A DNA stretch of 64,000 nucleotides from Candidatus Nealsonbacteria bacterium (GCA_016188865.1 JACPGX010000001.1:77197-141196); one strand, 5' to 3'; positions 1 to 9,293 are shown, counted from the stretch's first letter. Notes: generated by a model from the sequence alone, not told the origin. Translations and numbers: made by a program.

Positions 1-1346
1 TATTCTCTCTTCCCACTTACATTTTCATTGCAACTATACTAGGCCTTTTAATCATCGGCATTATCCGCGTAATATTCGGCATTCTTCCTAAGGCTGCGAT
101 TCTCACCGACGTTACGGCAACCGCCTTGCCCCTGCAAGCATTAAGCTTATTGCTTATTTTGAGAGCTTTCTCTTCTGGTTGCGCCGCTTTAACCGGGATC
201 GAAGCTACTTCCAACGGAGTGCGCGCATTTAAAGAGCCTGAAACTAAAAATGCCGGGAAAATTTTACTTCGGCTCGCCATACTTTTAATATTTATCTTCC
301 TTGGAATAGGTTTTCTGTCCAGCCAAGTAGGCTTGGTACCGGCGCAATCGGAAACAATACTATCGCAGGTGGCTAAAATTGTATTCGGTAAAACTCCATT
401 TTACTTTTTGACGCAGATTGCTACCTTTCTCATCCTTTTCTTAGCGGCAAATACTCCCTACGCCGGTTTCCCCCGAATGGTTGCCCTGCAAGCCCAAGAC
501 GGCTATTGGCCAAAGCAATTTTCTTTATTGGGCTCTCGCTTGGTATTTTCAAATGGTATCGTCGCGCTTTCCATAGTTTCGGCTATTCTACTGCTTTTAT
601 TTAAAGGAAACGTCCATACGCTTATTCCAATGTATGCAGTTGGCGTTTTTCTCGGATTTTCTCTATCCCAGCTCGGCATGATTTTTTATTGGAAAAAACA
701 AGGATTCGGAAAACACCTTAAGAGCGTAATGATTAATTTTATCGGCTTTATTGCTACTGGAACGGTTTTTATGGTGGTCCTCTTTTCAAAATTCATTTAT
801 GGCGCCTGGATTCTTCTGCCCACTATTTTAATCCTTCTTTTTGTAATGAAAAAAATCAAAAAACACTACCAGAATGTGGAAAAAATACTCTCTCTCGAAG
901 AAACTGAATTTTTAAGAGTTCTGCCGGAAAAAATTATGATGATTGTTTTTGTGTCAAAATTAAACCGTCTTGCTATTGAGACGGCTCTATTCGCCAGGGG
1001 TTTTAAACCGGGGGAAATCAAGGCATTCCATATTGCCTTTGACGAAAAAGAGGCAACTGAATTAAAAAATGAATGGGAGATAAGATTTTCCGAAATCCCG
1101 ATGGATATTGTTATAGATGAATTCCGAGAAATAATTCCCCACGCTTTAAACTATATTAGAAATATGGAAAAGCAATGGAAAGAAAGCGGAGGAGAAAAAG
1201 TAATAGCGGTAATCCCCATGGTGGTGCCCACCAGCATATTTGACAATTTTCTGCATAACAAAACAGCTGAAGAATTAGCCAATGCTATCAGGAAAGATCC
1301 GGAAAATAACGCAGAAATCTTAGAAAACTATATTAAAGTGCACTAA
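1..1346 (+). CDS. APC-superfamily amino acid permease, 5'-truncated by window edge
   Basis: Frame 3 is open from nt 3 to the stop at 1344-1346. Consecutive hydrophobic helices are followed by a ~170-aa soluble C-terminal domain. The motif YAGFPRMVALQAQDGYWPKQF resembles APC permeases. Confidence 0.6.
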   Translation, partial: FSLPTYIFIATILGLLIIGIIRVIFGILPKAAILTDVTATALPLQALSLLLILRAFSSGCAALTGIEATSNGVRAFKEPETKNAGKILLRLAILLIFIFLGIGFLSSQVGLVPAQSETILSQVAKIVFGKTPFYFLTQIATFLILFLAANTPYAGFPRMVALQAQDGYWPKQFSLLGSRLVFSNGIVALSIVSAILLLLFKGNVHTLIPMYAVGVFLGFSLSQLGMIFYWKKQGFGKHLKSVMINFIGFIATGTVFMVVLFSKFIYGAWILLPTILILLFVMKKIKKHYQNVEKILSLEETEFLRVLPEKIMMIVFVSKLNRLAIETALFARGFKPGEIKAFHIAFDEKEATELKNEWEIRFSEIPMDIVIDEFREIIPHALNYIRNMEKQWKESGGEKVIAVIPMVVPTSIFDNFLHNKTAEELANAIRKDPENNAEILENYIKVH

Positions 1347-1350
1347 AGGC

Positions 1351-2073
1351 TTATTTAATATAAACTCGGCTGAATCTTAAATCTATATATTCTAAATTCC
1401 TTCTTTTCTCGGGAGGAATTTGTTTTTCTAAAACCAATTTAAGTTCCTGAATCTGCCAATCTAAGTCTCCCTTCAAATTAAAATAAATCTCCCATTTTTC
1501 TGAAGTTTTCATATTTAATCTTTCATCGGAAACAATCATGGCTTGAGTTGTGGTGACTCCCGGGCCTTCTTCTAATTTCGCCTGAATTTCTAAAATCTGG
1601 GAAATTTTTTCTTTATTGAGCATATCTTTCATCCCAGAAATATTGATGAACCCTACGGCGCCGGAAGCATCTCCGAAAATCACGCCTTCTCGATCAATCA
1701 GGAAACACTTTTCCTCACACCAAAGTGCCGCAGCTGACCGCTCAGTCACTAAAATATTCAAAGCATCGGGAAAGCTTCGGCTTATTTTTGCTTCTGCTAT
1801 TTGTGGAAAATTATCTAAAATATCTTTTTCTGTCTTTTTAATATCAACTAAAAATATATTGCTCCCCCCAATAAACGCTTTTATGCTCTCCTCTGAAATA
1901 GTCCCTTGGCCGGTTATTATAATTTTCTCAATTTTGAAAATACCGGAAAAAAATATAAAATACAAAATTCCTCCCGTTATTACCAAAACCAAAATACCCA
2001 GCCTAAAGAATCTGTTTCCCAAAATAGATTTTTTCTTTTTAATTCTATATGGTTTTCTGTATCTATAAGCCAC
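1351..2073 (-). CDS. ftsQ: cell division protein FtsQ (POTRA domain)
   Basis: Basic N-terminus, a single TM helix, then a POTRA-like IIITGQGTISEESIKAFI...LNILVTER. Lies in a murF-femAB-ftsQ cluster. Confidence 0.7.
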   Translation of the reverse strand: MAYRYRKPYRIKKKKSILGNRFFRLGILVLVITGGILYFIFFSGIFKIEKIIITGQGTISEESIKAFIGGSNIFLVDIKKTEKDILDNFPQIAEAKISRSFPDALNILVTERSAAALWCEEKCFLIDREGVIFGDASGAVGFINISGMKDMLNKEKISQILEIQAKLEEGPGVTTTQAMIVSDERLNMKTSEKWEIYFNLKGDLDWQIQELKLVLEKQIPPEKRRNLEYIDLRFSRVYIK

Positions 2074-3106
2074 GTTTTTTACTTCTTAACTTCTCAAAAA
2101 TATATGTTAGCCAATATTTTCTGGAAAGAGGCAAATCCTGGGTTTTGACATATTCATATGCCCTGCCTCCAAAGCCCATCTTAAACAGCGTAGGCCCTGC
2201 CCAAGGATGCCCGGAATACGCCTTTGGGTCAATATAACCCCAAAAATCATACAATTTACAACCGCGCCTTTTGGCTTCTTTTATGGCTTCCCACTGCAAT
2301 AAGTAAGGAATAGAAAATTTAGAGTATTTTGCCAAAGAAGCCGCCTGATGATAAAAGCCGACTCCCGACCAAAAAATCACCAAAGCTCCGGCCGCTACCT
2401 CGCCTTTATACTTTCCTAAAAAAAGCATGGCTTCATTGTCGCTGGAGAAAACCTCAAATTCATTTTTTATAAAATTAGCGGAAAAAGGAGCAAATCTTTG
2501 CCTCCGGCTAACCTCTTGATTTAATCGCTGATAAATCTCCAAATCACTTGGCCTATTACTTTTTTCAATCGCAATGTCGGTATTTTTCTCCGCTTGCTTA
2601 ATAAGATATCGCGTAGTTTTCCGCATATTCGCCAATAATTCTTCTTCCGATGGCGCAATATCAAGCTTCCAGGTCGCCTCATAAGCCGAAGCATGCATCG
2701 ACGCCTCCCTAAACCCCAAATCTTTAAACATCTTTATATTCTCCTCATTTCTCTCCGATAGCGACGCTATCCTAATAAAACTACAACCCTCCTCTTTGGC
2801 AATTCTTTTTAGTTCCGTCAAAATCGTGTTTAGAATTTCTAATTTAGAATTTTGAATTTGTTTCGGATTTATCATATTTGGTCCGTGCTGTACCAACAGG
2901 AAAGTCCCCCGTCTGGCCACCACTTTCACCGCCAAAATAATGGATATCGGACACCCATTATTTTCACACACCTCAAGGCGCCAAATCTTGTGCCCCATCG
3001 CTTTCTGAAGCTCTCCCCAATTCCAACTCTGAAGAAACGTCCTCTCTTTGCATCCCAAAAGAAAATCTTCCCAGATTTTTTTGTCTGTTATTTCTTTGCA
3101 AACCAT
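2063..3106 (-). CDS. FemAB-family peptidoglycan interpeptide-bridge aminoacyltransferase
   Basis: N-terminal FLQSWNWGELQ motif, about 340 aa, C-terminal YDFWG. Typical FemX/FemAB architecture. Confidence 0.7.
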   Translation of the reverse strand: MVCKEITDKKIWEDFLLGCKERTFLQSWNWGELQKAMGHKIWRLEVCENNGCPISIILAVKVVARRGTFLLVQHGPNMINPKQIQNSKLEILNTILTELKRIAKEEGCSFIRIASLSERNEENIKMFKDLGFREASMHASAYEATWKLDIAPSEEELLANMRKTTRYLIKQAEKNTDIAIEKSNRPSDLEIYQRLNQEVSRRQRFAPFSANFIKNEFEVFSSDNEAMLFLGKYKGEVAAGALVIFWSGVGFYHQAASLAKYSKFSIPYLLQWEAIKEAKRRGCKLYDFWGYIDPKAYSGHPWAGPTLFKMGFGGRAYEYVKTQDLPLSRKYWLTYIFEKLRSKKRGL

Positions 3107-3112
3107 AAATAT

Positions 3113-4597
3113 TTATTTCATCAATGAATCTATGAGCTGGCTAGGCACGCGGCTTTCGATGAGAATAATGTCGCCAGACGAACAGAAACTTTTTATTTTT
3201 ATAAAAATCTTTTCGGGATTATCCATAAAAACTGCTTTTAGCCCAGCGGCTTCTTTAATTTCCTTAAATCTGTCTTTGGTGGTGATTATCGCCAAGTCGC
3301 AAACTTCGGCGATTTTTGCTCCGATTCGGTCATGAACTTCCCTTGAAGCCTTGCCTAATTCAATCAAGCAGGGCATAATAATCACTTTTTTCCCCGGCAA
3401 AGTTTTCAGGTACTCCAAGTGGCCGATTACGCTGTCTGGATTGGCAGAGAAAGTAGCATCATAGACTATTAAACCGCCCGCGCCATCTTTTTTTACAATT
3501 CCGGTAAGCTTATTTTCTATTTTCTGCACTGCTCTTGAGATTTCTTCATCGCTCATGCCGAGTTCTCGCGCAACAGCCATAGCCCCAAAAAGATTTTCCT
3601 CTCCAAAAATTTTAGCATCTTGGCCGTAGAGATATTTTTTGATATTAGTCTTTCCATAAAGCTCTCGACAATATTTATTCTTCCCGTTAAAGAAGGCAAC
3701 GCCATTGGCCGGCAAACTCTCAATCAGTTCGTATTTCGTCTTAATGATATTCTCCTGACTGCCAAAGGTTGCCATATGCTGTTCATTAATGCCGGTTATC
3801 ACGCCAATTTTTGGCTTAGCAATATCGCAGAGCAGCTTTATTCCCCCCTTATTATACGCTCCCATTTCTGCAATAAAAATCTGGTGCTCCGGCATTAATT
3901 CGTCCAAAATACATTCAGAAATTCCCACTTCAGAATTTTGATGCTCTTTGGTTTTCAAAACTTTAAATTTTTCTGAAAGAATAGTATATAAAAACTCTTT
4001 CGTTGAAGTTTTACCATAAGAGCCGGTAATTCCGATAACCAGCAAATTCTTAAAATAATCTCTTCTATGCTTGGCTTGTTTTAAAATTCTATTTCTTAAA
4101 AAAACGGCCAAAGGCTGAAAAGACAAAACCAGCGAAGAAAAAACGATCGGAGCCAAAATATCCAGCAACAAAAGGGAGGCCGTGAATTTCGTTAATTTAA
4201 ATTCTAAAAGGAACAAAAAAAATACCAATAAAACTTCGGAAGAAAATCCGGTGCTTAAAATAACCGCTATTTTCTGGGTAAGAACCGGTTTTTTAATGGT
4301 TTTTTGCCAAAATACCTTAAAAGTATATAAAACTTCTGCGAAAAAGATAAGAGCTGTAAGGTAAACTAAATTAAATTTAAATTCTGTTAAACCGTGCCTT
4401 GCTGTGAATATCATGCCGAGGAGAAGCAAAATCTTAATCAGCAATAAATAATTAAAAATCAACCGTTTTCCTTTATATGTGCGAAAATGGTCAATAAATC
4501 TGCCGATGTGATATTCTTTCAACTGCCAAAGATAAACCCAAAAGAGAAGTTTTTTAGTAAAAATAATGAGCCAAAGTAATGAAATTAGATATCGCAT
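3113..4597 (-). CDS. murF: UDP-MurNAc-tripeptide--D-Ala-D-Ala ligase MurF core fused to an N-terminal polytopic membrane domain
   Basis: Mur ligase P-loop GITGSYGKTSTKE at about aa 190. MurF-type DATFSANPDSV near the C-terminus. The first ~185 aa are hydrophobic helices. Confidence 0.75.
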   Translation of the reverse strand: MRYLISLLWLIIFTKKLLFWVYLWQLKEYHIGRFIDHFRTYKGKRLIFNYLLLIKILLLLGMIFTARHGLTEFKFNLVYLTALIFFAEVLYTFKVFWQKTIKKPVLTQKIAVILSTGFSSEVLLVFFLFLLEFKLTKFTASLLLLDILAPIVFSSLVLSFQPLAVFLRNRILKQAKHRRDYFKNLLVIGITGSYGKTSTKEFLYTILSEKFKVLKTKEHQNSEVGISECILDELMPEHQIFIAEMGAYNKGGIKLLCDIAKPKIGVITGINEQHMATFGSQENIIKTKYELIESLPANGVAFFNGKNKYCRELYGKTNIKKYLYGQDAKIFGEENLFGAMAVARELGMSDEEISRAVQKIENKLTGIVKKDGAGGLIVYDATFSANPDSVIGHLEYLKTLPGKKVIIMPCLIELGKASREVHDRIGAKIAEVCDLAIITTKDRFKEIKEAAGLKAVFMDNPEKIFIKIKSFCSSGDIILIESRVPSQLIDSLMK

Positions 4598-4604
4598 AAC
4601 GGAT

Positions 4605-4683
4605 TTCGGGAGGTCCGAAACCGATTTAACACCCGGTGTTTCTCCGTCAACACCGGGTGTTGACGTTCGGTTTCGGACCTCAT
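4605..4683. repeat. nested-hairpin intergenic element, copy A
   Basis: Outer stem 4610-4624 / 4667-4681 (15 bp, perfect). Inner 13-mers AACACCCGGTGTT (4628-4640) and AACACCGGGTGTT (4649-4661). Linkers are TTTAAC and GACGT. Confidence 0.85.
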
Positions 4684-5415
4684 TTAATTAGTTATAAATC
4701 GTATAATTTTTTCTGCTAAAATTTCCGGTTTCTGCAGATTCAATCCATGCTCGCCATCTTCAATAATTTCCAATCTGGCATTGTTTATCTCTTTTTTTGC
4801 AATATACGCCTCCCTTATGGGCGTCATCACGTCTTGCGCTCCCCAAACGATTAAAGTCGGCGATTTAATTTTAGATAAGCAATGAGTCAAATCTTCTTTC
4901 GTTATTTTTTTAAAGGTTTCCTTCATCATAAGCATCCCGTTGATATCTAACTTATGGTAATCCGTAGTGCCGGCAAGCTTATATAAAATTTTCTTTATTT
5001 TTTCTTCCAATGGCCATAATAATATCAAACCGGTAATTGTAAATACGAATTTGCCCAATTTGGTTAAAAATAGAAAAATAATCTGCTTTACAGTTTGCCT
5101 TCTCCTAAGGGCTGGGGAAACTAAAATAAGTTTTGAAACCATTTCCGGATAAGCGCAGGAAAATTTTACCGCAATTCCCCCGCCAAATGAATGACCTATC
5201 AGAAAAAAATGCGGAAGATTATTTTTATCGCAATATCTTCTCGTCCATTCCGTATAATCGTCTACCGACCAAGGTTTTTCCGGCGCTGAATTTTCCCCAA
5301 AACCGGGCAAATCCGGCACGAAAACTTTATACCCTTGATTTTCTAAAAGTTCTTTAACTCTGCTCCAATTTTTAGATGAAGACCCCCAACCGTGAAGAAT
5401 AAGAATGGTGTTCAT
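4684..5415 (-). CDS. alpha/beta-fold hydrolase
   Basis: ILILHGWGSS oxyanion region and nucleophile elbow GHSFGG. Confidence 0.8.
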   Translation of the reverse strand: MNTILILHGWGSSSKNWSRVKELLENQGYKVFVPDLPGFGENSAPEKPWSVDDYTEWTRRYCDKNNLPHFFLIGHSFGGGIAVKFSCAYPEMVSKLILVSPALRRRQTVKQIIFLFLTKLGKFVFTITGLILLWPLEEKIKKILYKLAGTTDYHKLDINGMLMMKETFKKITKEDLTHCLSKIKSPTLIVWGAQDVMTPIREAYIAKKEINNARLEIIEDGEHGLNLQKPEILAEKIIRFITN

Positions 5416-5423
5416 AACGATAT

Positions 5424-5506
5424 TTTCGATGTCCGATTTCCCGTTTAACCTCCGAGGTTAACGCGACAACCTCGGAGGTTGACGTTCGGGAAATCGGACA
5501 TCGAAA
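5424..5506. repeat. nested-hairpin intergenic element, copy B
   Basis: Outer stem 5426-5443 / 5487-5504 (18 bp, perfect). Inner 13-mers AACCTCCGAGGTT (5447-5459) and AACCTCGGAGGTT (5468-5480). Same TTTAAC and GACGT linkers and same 8-nt central loop length as copy A. Confidence 0.85.
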
Positions 5507-5508
5507 TA

Positions 5509-6729
5509 TTACTCGATTTTTTTAAATCCCGTATATTTCTGCAAAACTTTGGGCACCAAAACAGTGCCGTCTTTTTGCTGATAATTTTCGATAATAGCAA
5601 TCAACATCCTGCCTATGGCAAAAGCCGTGCCATTTAGCATATGAACAAACTCCAAGCCATCTTTTGTCTTATAGCGAATATTTAATCTTCTGGCTTGATA
5701 ATCAGTAGTGTTACTGGTGGAATGCGTCTCCCTATACTGCCCTTGCCCGGGAAGCCAGGCCTCAATATCGTATTTAGCAGCGGCCGGATCTCCCAAGTCC
5801 CCAGTGCAAATATTAATAACTCTGTAAGGAAGCTCCAGCAGCTTCATTAATTTTTCTTCCATTTTCAAAAGCAATTGATGCTCTTCTTTTGATTTTTCCG
5901 GATGACAGAAACTGAACATTTCAACCTTGTCGAACTGATGAACACGCAAAATGCCCTTAGTGTCCTTGCCATAGGCGCCAGCCTCCCTCCTGAAACAAGT
6001 GGAAAACCCGGCATATCTTTTTGGCAAATCTTTTTCTTGAAAAGTTTCTCCAGAATGCATTGCGCCGATAGATTGCTCCGAAGTTCCGACTAAATATAAT
6101 TTATCTCTTTCAAGATAATATATCTCTTCTGCTCCCCTTTCAACGTACCCCATCCCCTCCATCATTTCCGGTTTTAACATAACCGGTGGAACAACAGGTA
6201 TAAACTTATCTTTAGATAGAGTTTCCAGAGCCAAATTAACCAAAGCAAATTCAAGCATAGCGGCTCCCCCTTTTATGTATCCAAAACGAGTGCCTGAAAC
6301 CTTAGCTGCTCTTTGAGTATCAATAATATCTAATTTCTCACCAATATCCATATAGTCTTTCGGCTGAAAATCGAATTTTGTCTTTTTACCTTCTTCCCTA
6401 AGCACAATATTTTCACTATCGTCTTTGCCGACAGGAACGGTATCTAGAGGTAAATTAGGAATCTGGCGTAATAAAATTTGCAATTCTTTTTCGGTATTCT
6501 CTAATTCTGGCTCAAGTTTTTTAATTTCTGCTTTTAATCCTTGGGCCTTTGCGATATCGTCTTTTCCAAGCTTATTCTGCTCGGCTCGCATATTTTCTAT
6601 TTTTTGCAGATATTCTCGCTTTTTTTCGTCCAATGCCAAAAGCCGGTCAATATCAACTTTGGCCTGCTTTTTAGCAACGCCTTCTTTCACTTTTTCCGAA
6701 TTTTGACGGATGAATTTAATGTCGAGCAT
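5509..6729 (-). CDS. serS: seryl-tRNA synthetase
   Basis: N-terminal coiled-coil arm beginning MLDIKFIRQN, and a class II core with GTAFAIGR. Confidence 0.95.
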   Translation of the reverse strand: MLDIKFIRQNSEKVKEGVAKKQAKVDIDRLLALDEKKREYLQKIENMRAEQNKLGKDDIAKAQGLKAEIKKLEPELENTEKELQILLRQIPNLPLDTVPVGKDDSENIVLREEGKKTKFDFQPKDYMDIGEKLDIIDTQRAAKVSGTRFGYIKGGAAMLEFALVNLALETLSKDKFIPVVPPVMLKPEMMEGMGYVERGAEEIYYLERDKLYLVGTSEQSIGAMHSGETFQEKDLPKRYAGFSTCFRREAGAYGKDTKGILRVHQFDKVEMFSFCHPEKSKEEHQLLLKMEEKLMKLLELPYRVINICTGDLGDPAAAKYDIEAWLPGQGQYRETHSTSNTTDYQARRLNIRYKTKDGLEFVHMLNGTAFAIGRMLIAIIENYQQKDGTVLVPKVLQKYTGFKKIE

Positions 6730-6741
6730 ATAATAATTTAA

Positions 6742-6790
6742 GGAGAACCGTTCTCCCGATATTACGATTAATTTTGGGAGAACGGTTCTC
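6742..6790. repeat. REP family 1 (GAGAAC-C/G-GTTCTC), inverted pair
   Basis: GGAGAACCGTTCTCC at 6742-6756 and GGAGAACGGTTCTC at 6777-6790. The second copy supplies the last codons (REPFSQN) of rdgB. Confidence 0.8.
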
Positions 6791-7385
6791 TCAAATATTG
6801 CGATAATAGGGGCAACGCTTTTTCTACGGCTTTTTTTCTGTGGGCGATCTTAGCTTCCTCTTCCATGGTGAATTCGCCCAAAACTTTGCTTACTCCCGGA
6901 ACGAAGAATAATGATCTGAAGGGGTACCCGGGAATAATTTTATCTATCGGCTTTTCCATTATAACTCCCCTCAAAATACCTTCAAAAGTGTTTATCTTCC
7001 CAAAAATATTTAAAGCTATGACCGTCTTCAATCGGGCGCCCCTCTGCTCGGCGGGAACGCCTTTAAGTTTGGCTAATGTCAAATCAATCAATTCTTGATC
7101 GGACGCCTCTCTGCCCAGCCAGCGCCTTGTTTTTACTCCCGGCTCGCCATCCAGATAATCTATTTCTAGTCCAGCATCTTCAGCCAATGTCGGAAAATCA
7201 ACGAATTGAGAATAAAATTTAACCTTTTTTATCGCATTTTCCTCAAAAGTTTTGCCGTCTTCTTCCACGCCGTCTTTAATATTTACGTCCTTTAACGTAA
7301 CCAGCTCCAGCGGCAGATTCTTCAAAAGAACCCTATACTCTAAAATCTTTCCCGGATTAGTAGTGGCAACCAATAATTTTTTCAT
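6768..7385 (-). CDS. rdgB: non-canonical purine NTP pyrophosphatase (RdgB/HAM1)
   Basis: N-terminal LLVATTNPGK and a size of about 200 aa. Confidence 0.85.
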   Translation of the reverse strand: MKKLLVATTNPGKILEYRVLLKNLPLELVTLKDVNIKDGVEEDGKTFEENAIKKVKFYSQFVDFPTLAEDAGLEIDYLDGEPGVKTRRWLGREASDQELIDLTLAKLKGVPAEQRGARLKTVIALNIFGKINTFEGILRGVIMEKPIDKIIPGYPFRSLFFVPGVSKVLGEFTMEEEAKIAHRKKAVEKALPLLSQYLREPFSQN

Positions 7386-7397
7386 CGATGAAAGCGA

Positions 7398-7463
7398 GAG
7401 TTCTGGATTTTCTGAAGCGCGTCGGAGCCCTTTAGGGTAAAGCGCGAAGAAAATTCAGAACTC
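7398..7463. repeat. long imperfect intergenic hairpin downstream of lysS
   Basis: GAGTTCTGGATTTTCTGAAGCGCG (7398-7421) pairs imperfectly with GCGCGAAGAAAATTCAGAACTC (7442-7463). Confidence 0.6.
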
Positions 7464-7468
7464 AAGCA

Positions 7469-8785
7469 TTAACGCGGCCTCATTGTTGGGAACAATATTA
7501 CCTCTCTTAAACTGTGGGAGTCGGTCAGTAGGGCAACCAATCTATCAATTCCCATGCCTAAACCAGCGGCAGGTGGCATGCCGTACTGCAGGGCCTCAAG
7601 AAAATCCTTGTCTTTTCTTTCAATTTCAATTTTAGCGGATTTAAATCTTTTTTCCTGTTCTAGAGGATCATTTAATTCGGAAAAACCATTAATTAACTCT
7701 ATCCCCCCTATCACTACTTGAAAACGGTCAGCTTCCTTAGGATTGTTTTCCCTGGCTTTGGATAAAATAGCCATTTTTGCCGGGTGGTCAACCACAAAAG
7801 TAGGCTGAAATATATTCACTTTATCTTTTTCAAAATCCAAATCAGCAAATTTAATTCTTTTCCAAGGGGCTTTAAAATCTATTTCCTTACTTTCATAAAT
7901 AAATTTAGTCTCCCCTTTTATTTTTTTTACCAAATCAATCATACTGCGCTCGATAAAATCCATGAGGCCATCCCTATTTTGATAAGCCCAGTAAAGTTCA
8001 ATCATTGTAAAGTCAGGATTATGATGCTTATCCATTCCTTCATTCCTAAAACAGCGGCCTATTTCGTAAACTTTTTCGAAACCGCCAACTAAAAGCCGTT
8101 TTAAATAAAGTTCCGGCGACACTCTTAAATACAAATCTATTTTCAAGGCATTCAAATGCGTTTTAAATGGTTTAGCCAAAGCTCCTCCGGGAATCGGCTG
8201 CAAAATCGGCGTCTCCACTTCTAAAAATCCTTGTCCATCTAAAATATGTCTTATCTCTTCAATAATTTTTGACCTAACCCTGAATTTTGCCCTTACTTCC
8301 GAGTTCATTACCAAATCCAAATATCTCTTCCTAAATCTTTCTTCCACGTCCTGAAGCCCGTGCCACTTTTCAGGTAGGGGCAGCAATGACTTGGCTAAAA
8401 TGTTGAAATCCGAGGCTTCAATTGTTTTCTCTCCTCTTTTTGTGGTGAATAAAGTGCCGGAAATTTCAATAAAATCTCCGACGTCAAAATTATCCAAAAA
8501 AAATTGATATTTTTTATCGCCCAGTTTATCCTGCCTGAAAAAACCTTGGATTTTGGCCTTTCCATCGTCGATATTGATGAAAGCAGACCCGCCATGCTCC
8601 CTGATAGCCACAAGCCTGCCGGCAAGCGTAACTTCTACCCCCGCTCTAGCGAACTTCTCAAAATCACTCAAAACCTGATCAACAGAGTGAGTTTTTTTAG
8701 TCTTTATCGGGTAAGGATTAATTCCAGCTTTTTTAATAGCTTCGAGTTTTTTCAGCCTTATTTTCTTAATATCTGCAATCGCCAT
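7469..8785 (-). CDS. lysS: lysyl-tRNA synthetase, class II (short form)
   Basis: OB-fold N-terminus and class II motifs FRNEGMDKHHNPDFTMIELY and GMGIDRL. Confidence 0.9.
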   Translation of the reverse strand: MAIADIKKIRLKKLEAIKKAGINPYPIKTKKTHSVDQVLSDFEKFARAGVEVTLAGRLVAIREHGGSAFINIDDGKAKIQGFFRQDKLGDKKYQFFLDNFDVGDFIEISGTLFTTKRGEKTIEASDFNILAKSLLPLPEKWHGLQDVEERFRKRYLDLVMNSEVRAKFRVRSKIIEEIRHILDGQGFLEVETPILQPIPGGALAKPFKTHLNALKIDLYLRVSPELYLKRLLVGGFEKVYEIGRCFRNEGMDKHHNPDFTMIELYWAYQNRDGLMDFIERSMIDLVKKIKGETKFIYESKEIDFKAPWKRIKFADLDFEKDKVNIFQPTFVVDHPAKMAILSKARENNPKEADRFQVVIGGIELINGFSELNDPLEQEKRFKSAKIEIERKDKDFLEALQYGMPPAAGLGMGIDRLVALLTDSHSLREVILFPTMRPR

Positions 8786-8816
8786 ATTTAATTATTTTAC
8801 ATGACTTCTCCCAACT

Positions 8817-8854
8817 CGCCAAGTCTTGACAAAAATACGATTTAGGTGTATTAT
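8817..8854 (+). promoter_or_regulatory. sigma70-type promoter, cassette 1
   Basis: TTGACA 8826-8831, 17-nt spacer, TATTAT 8849-8854. The block CGCCAAGTCTTGACAAAA is repeated at 9383-9400. Confidence 0.65.
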
Positions 8855-8885
8855 TAAAATATAAATAAATAAGGAAAGGGAGGAA

Positions 8886-9176
8886 ATGGGATTGAAAAGG
8901 GACTTTAGTGTAAAGTATGGTAATAGAGAGATTAAAAACCCAGTACTCCGAGGCGCCGTTGTCAGCGGAGCCATAGTCTTCGGAGGAGTTATGGTAATCG
9001 CGCTTATCCCCCTGGTGGTCATTTTAGCAATAGTTCTTTCTCCTATTATGCTCCCCCTTCACTTCATCTTAAAGGCGATGGGGAGAAAGGGATGCTACAG
9101 AAGAACCGAAACAGAAACCGAGTGCAAGATCGAGGTCACTATAGACAGGGAGTCATTCAGTAAAATGGCTCCCTGA
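8886..9176 (+). CDS. hypothetical small membrane protein (96 aa)
   Basis: GGGAGG upstream of the ATG. The central ~45 aa are hydrophobic (two predicted helices). Own promoter and terminator. Confidence 0.5.
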   Translation: MGLKRDFSVKYGNREIKNPVLRGAVVSGAIVFGGVMVIALIPLVVILAIVLSPIMLPLHFILKAMGRKGCYRRTETETECKIEVTIDRESFSKMAP

Positions 9177-9207
9177 GGAGACGATGCGTCAGGAGTGAAT
9201 GTCCAAA

Positions 9208-9241
9208 AGAAAACCCTTGAGATAGCATCAAAGGGGTTTTT
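9208..9241 (+). terminator. intrinsic terminator, cassette 1
   Basis: AAAACCCTTGA ... TCAAAGGGGTTTTT. Homologous to the terminator at 10068-10101. Confidence 0.7.
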
Positions 9242-9274
9242 ATATTGAGTTAAAAAACTAAACTCTGCAAAATA

Positions 9275-9293
9275 TTAAACACCGAGTGTTTAA
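9275..9293. repeat. palindrome TTAAACACCGAGTGTTTAA
   Basis: Related to the inner 13-mer (AACACC-C-GGTGTT) of the nested-hairpin element at 4628-4640. Confidence 0.6.
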
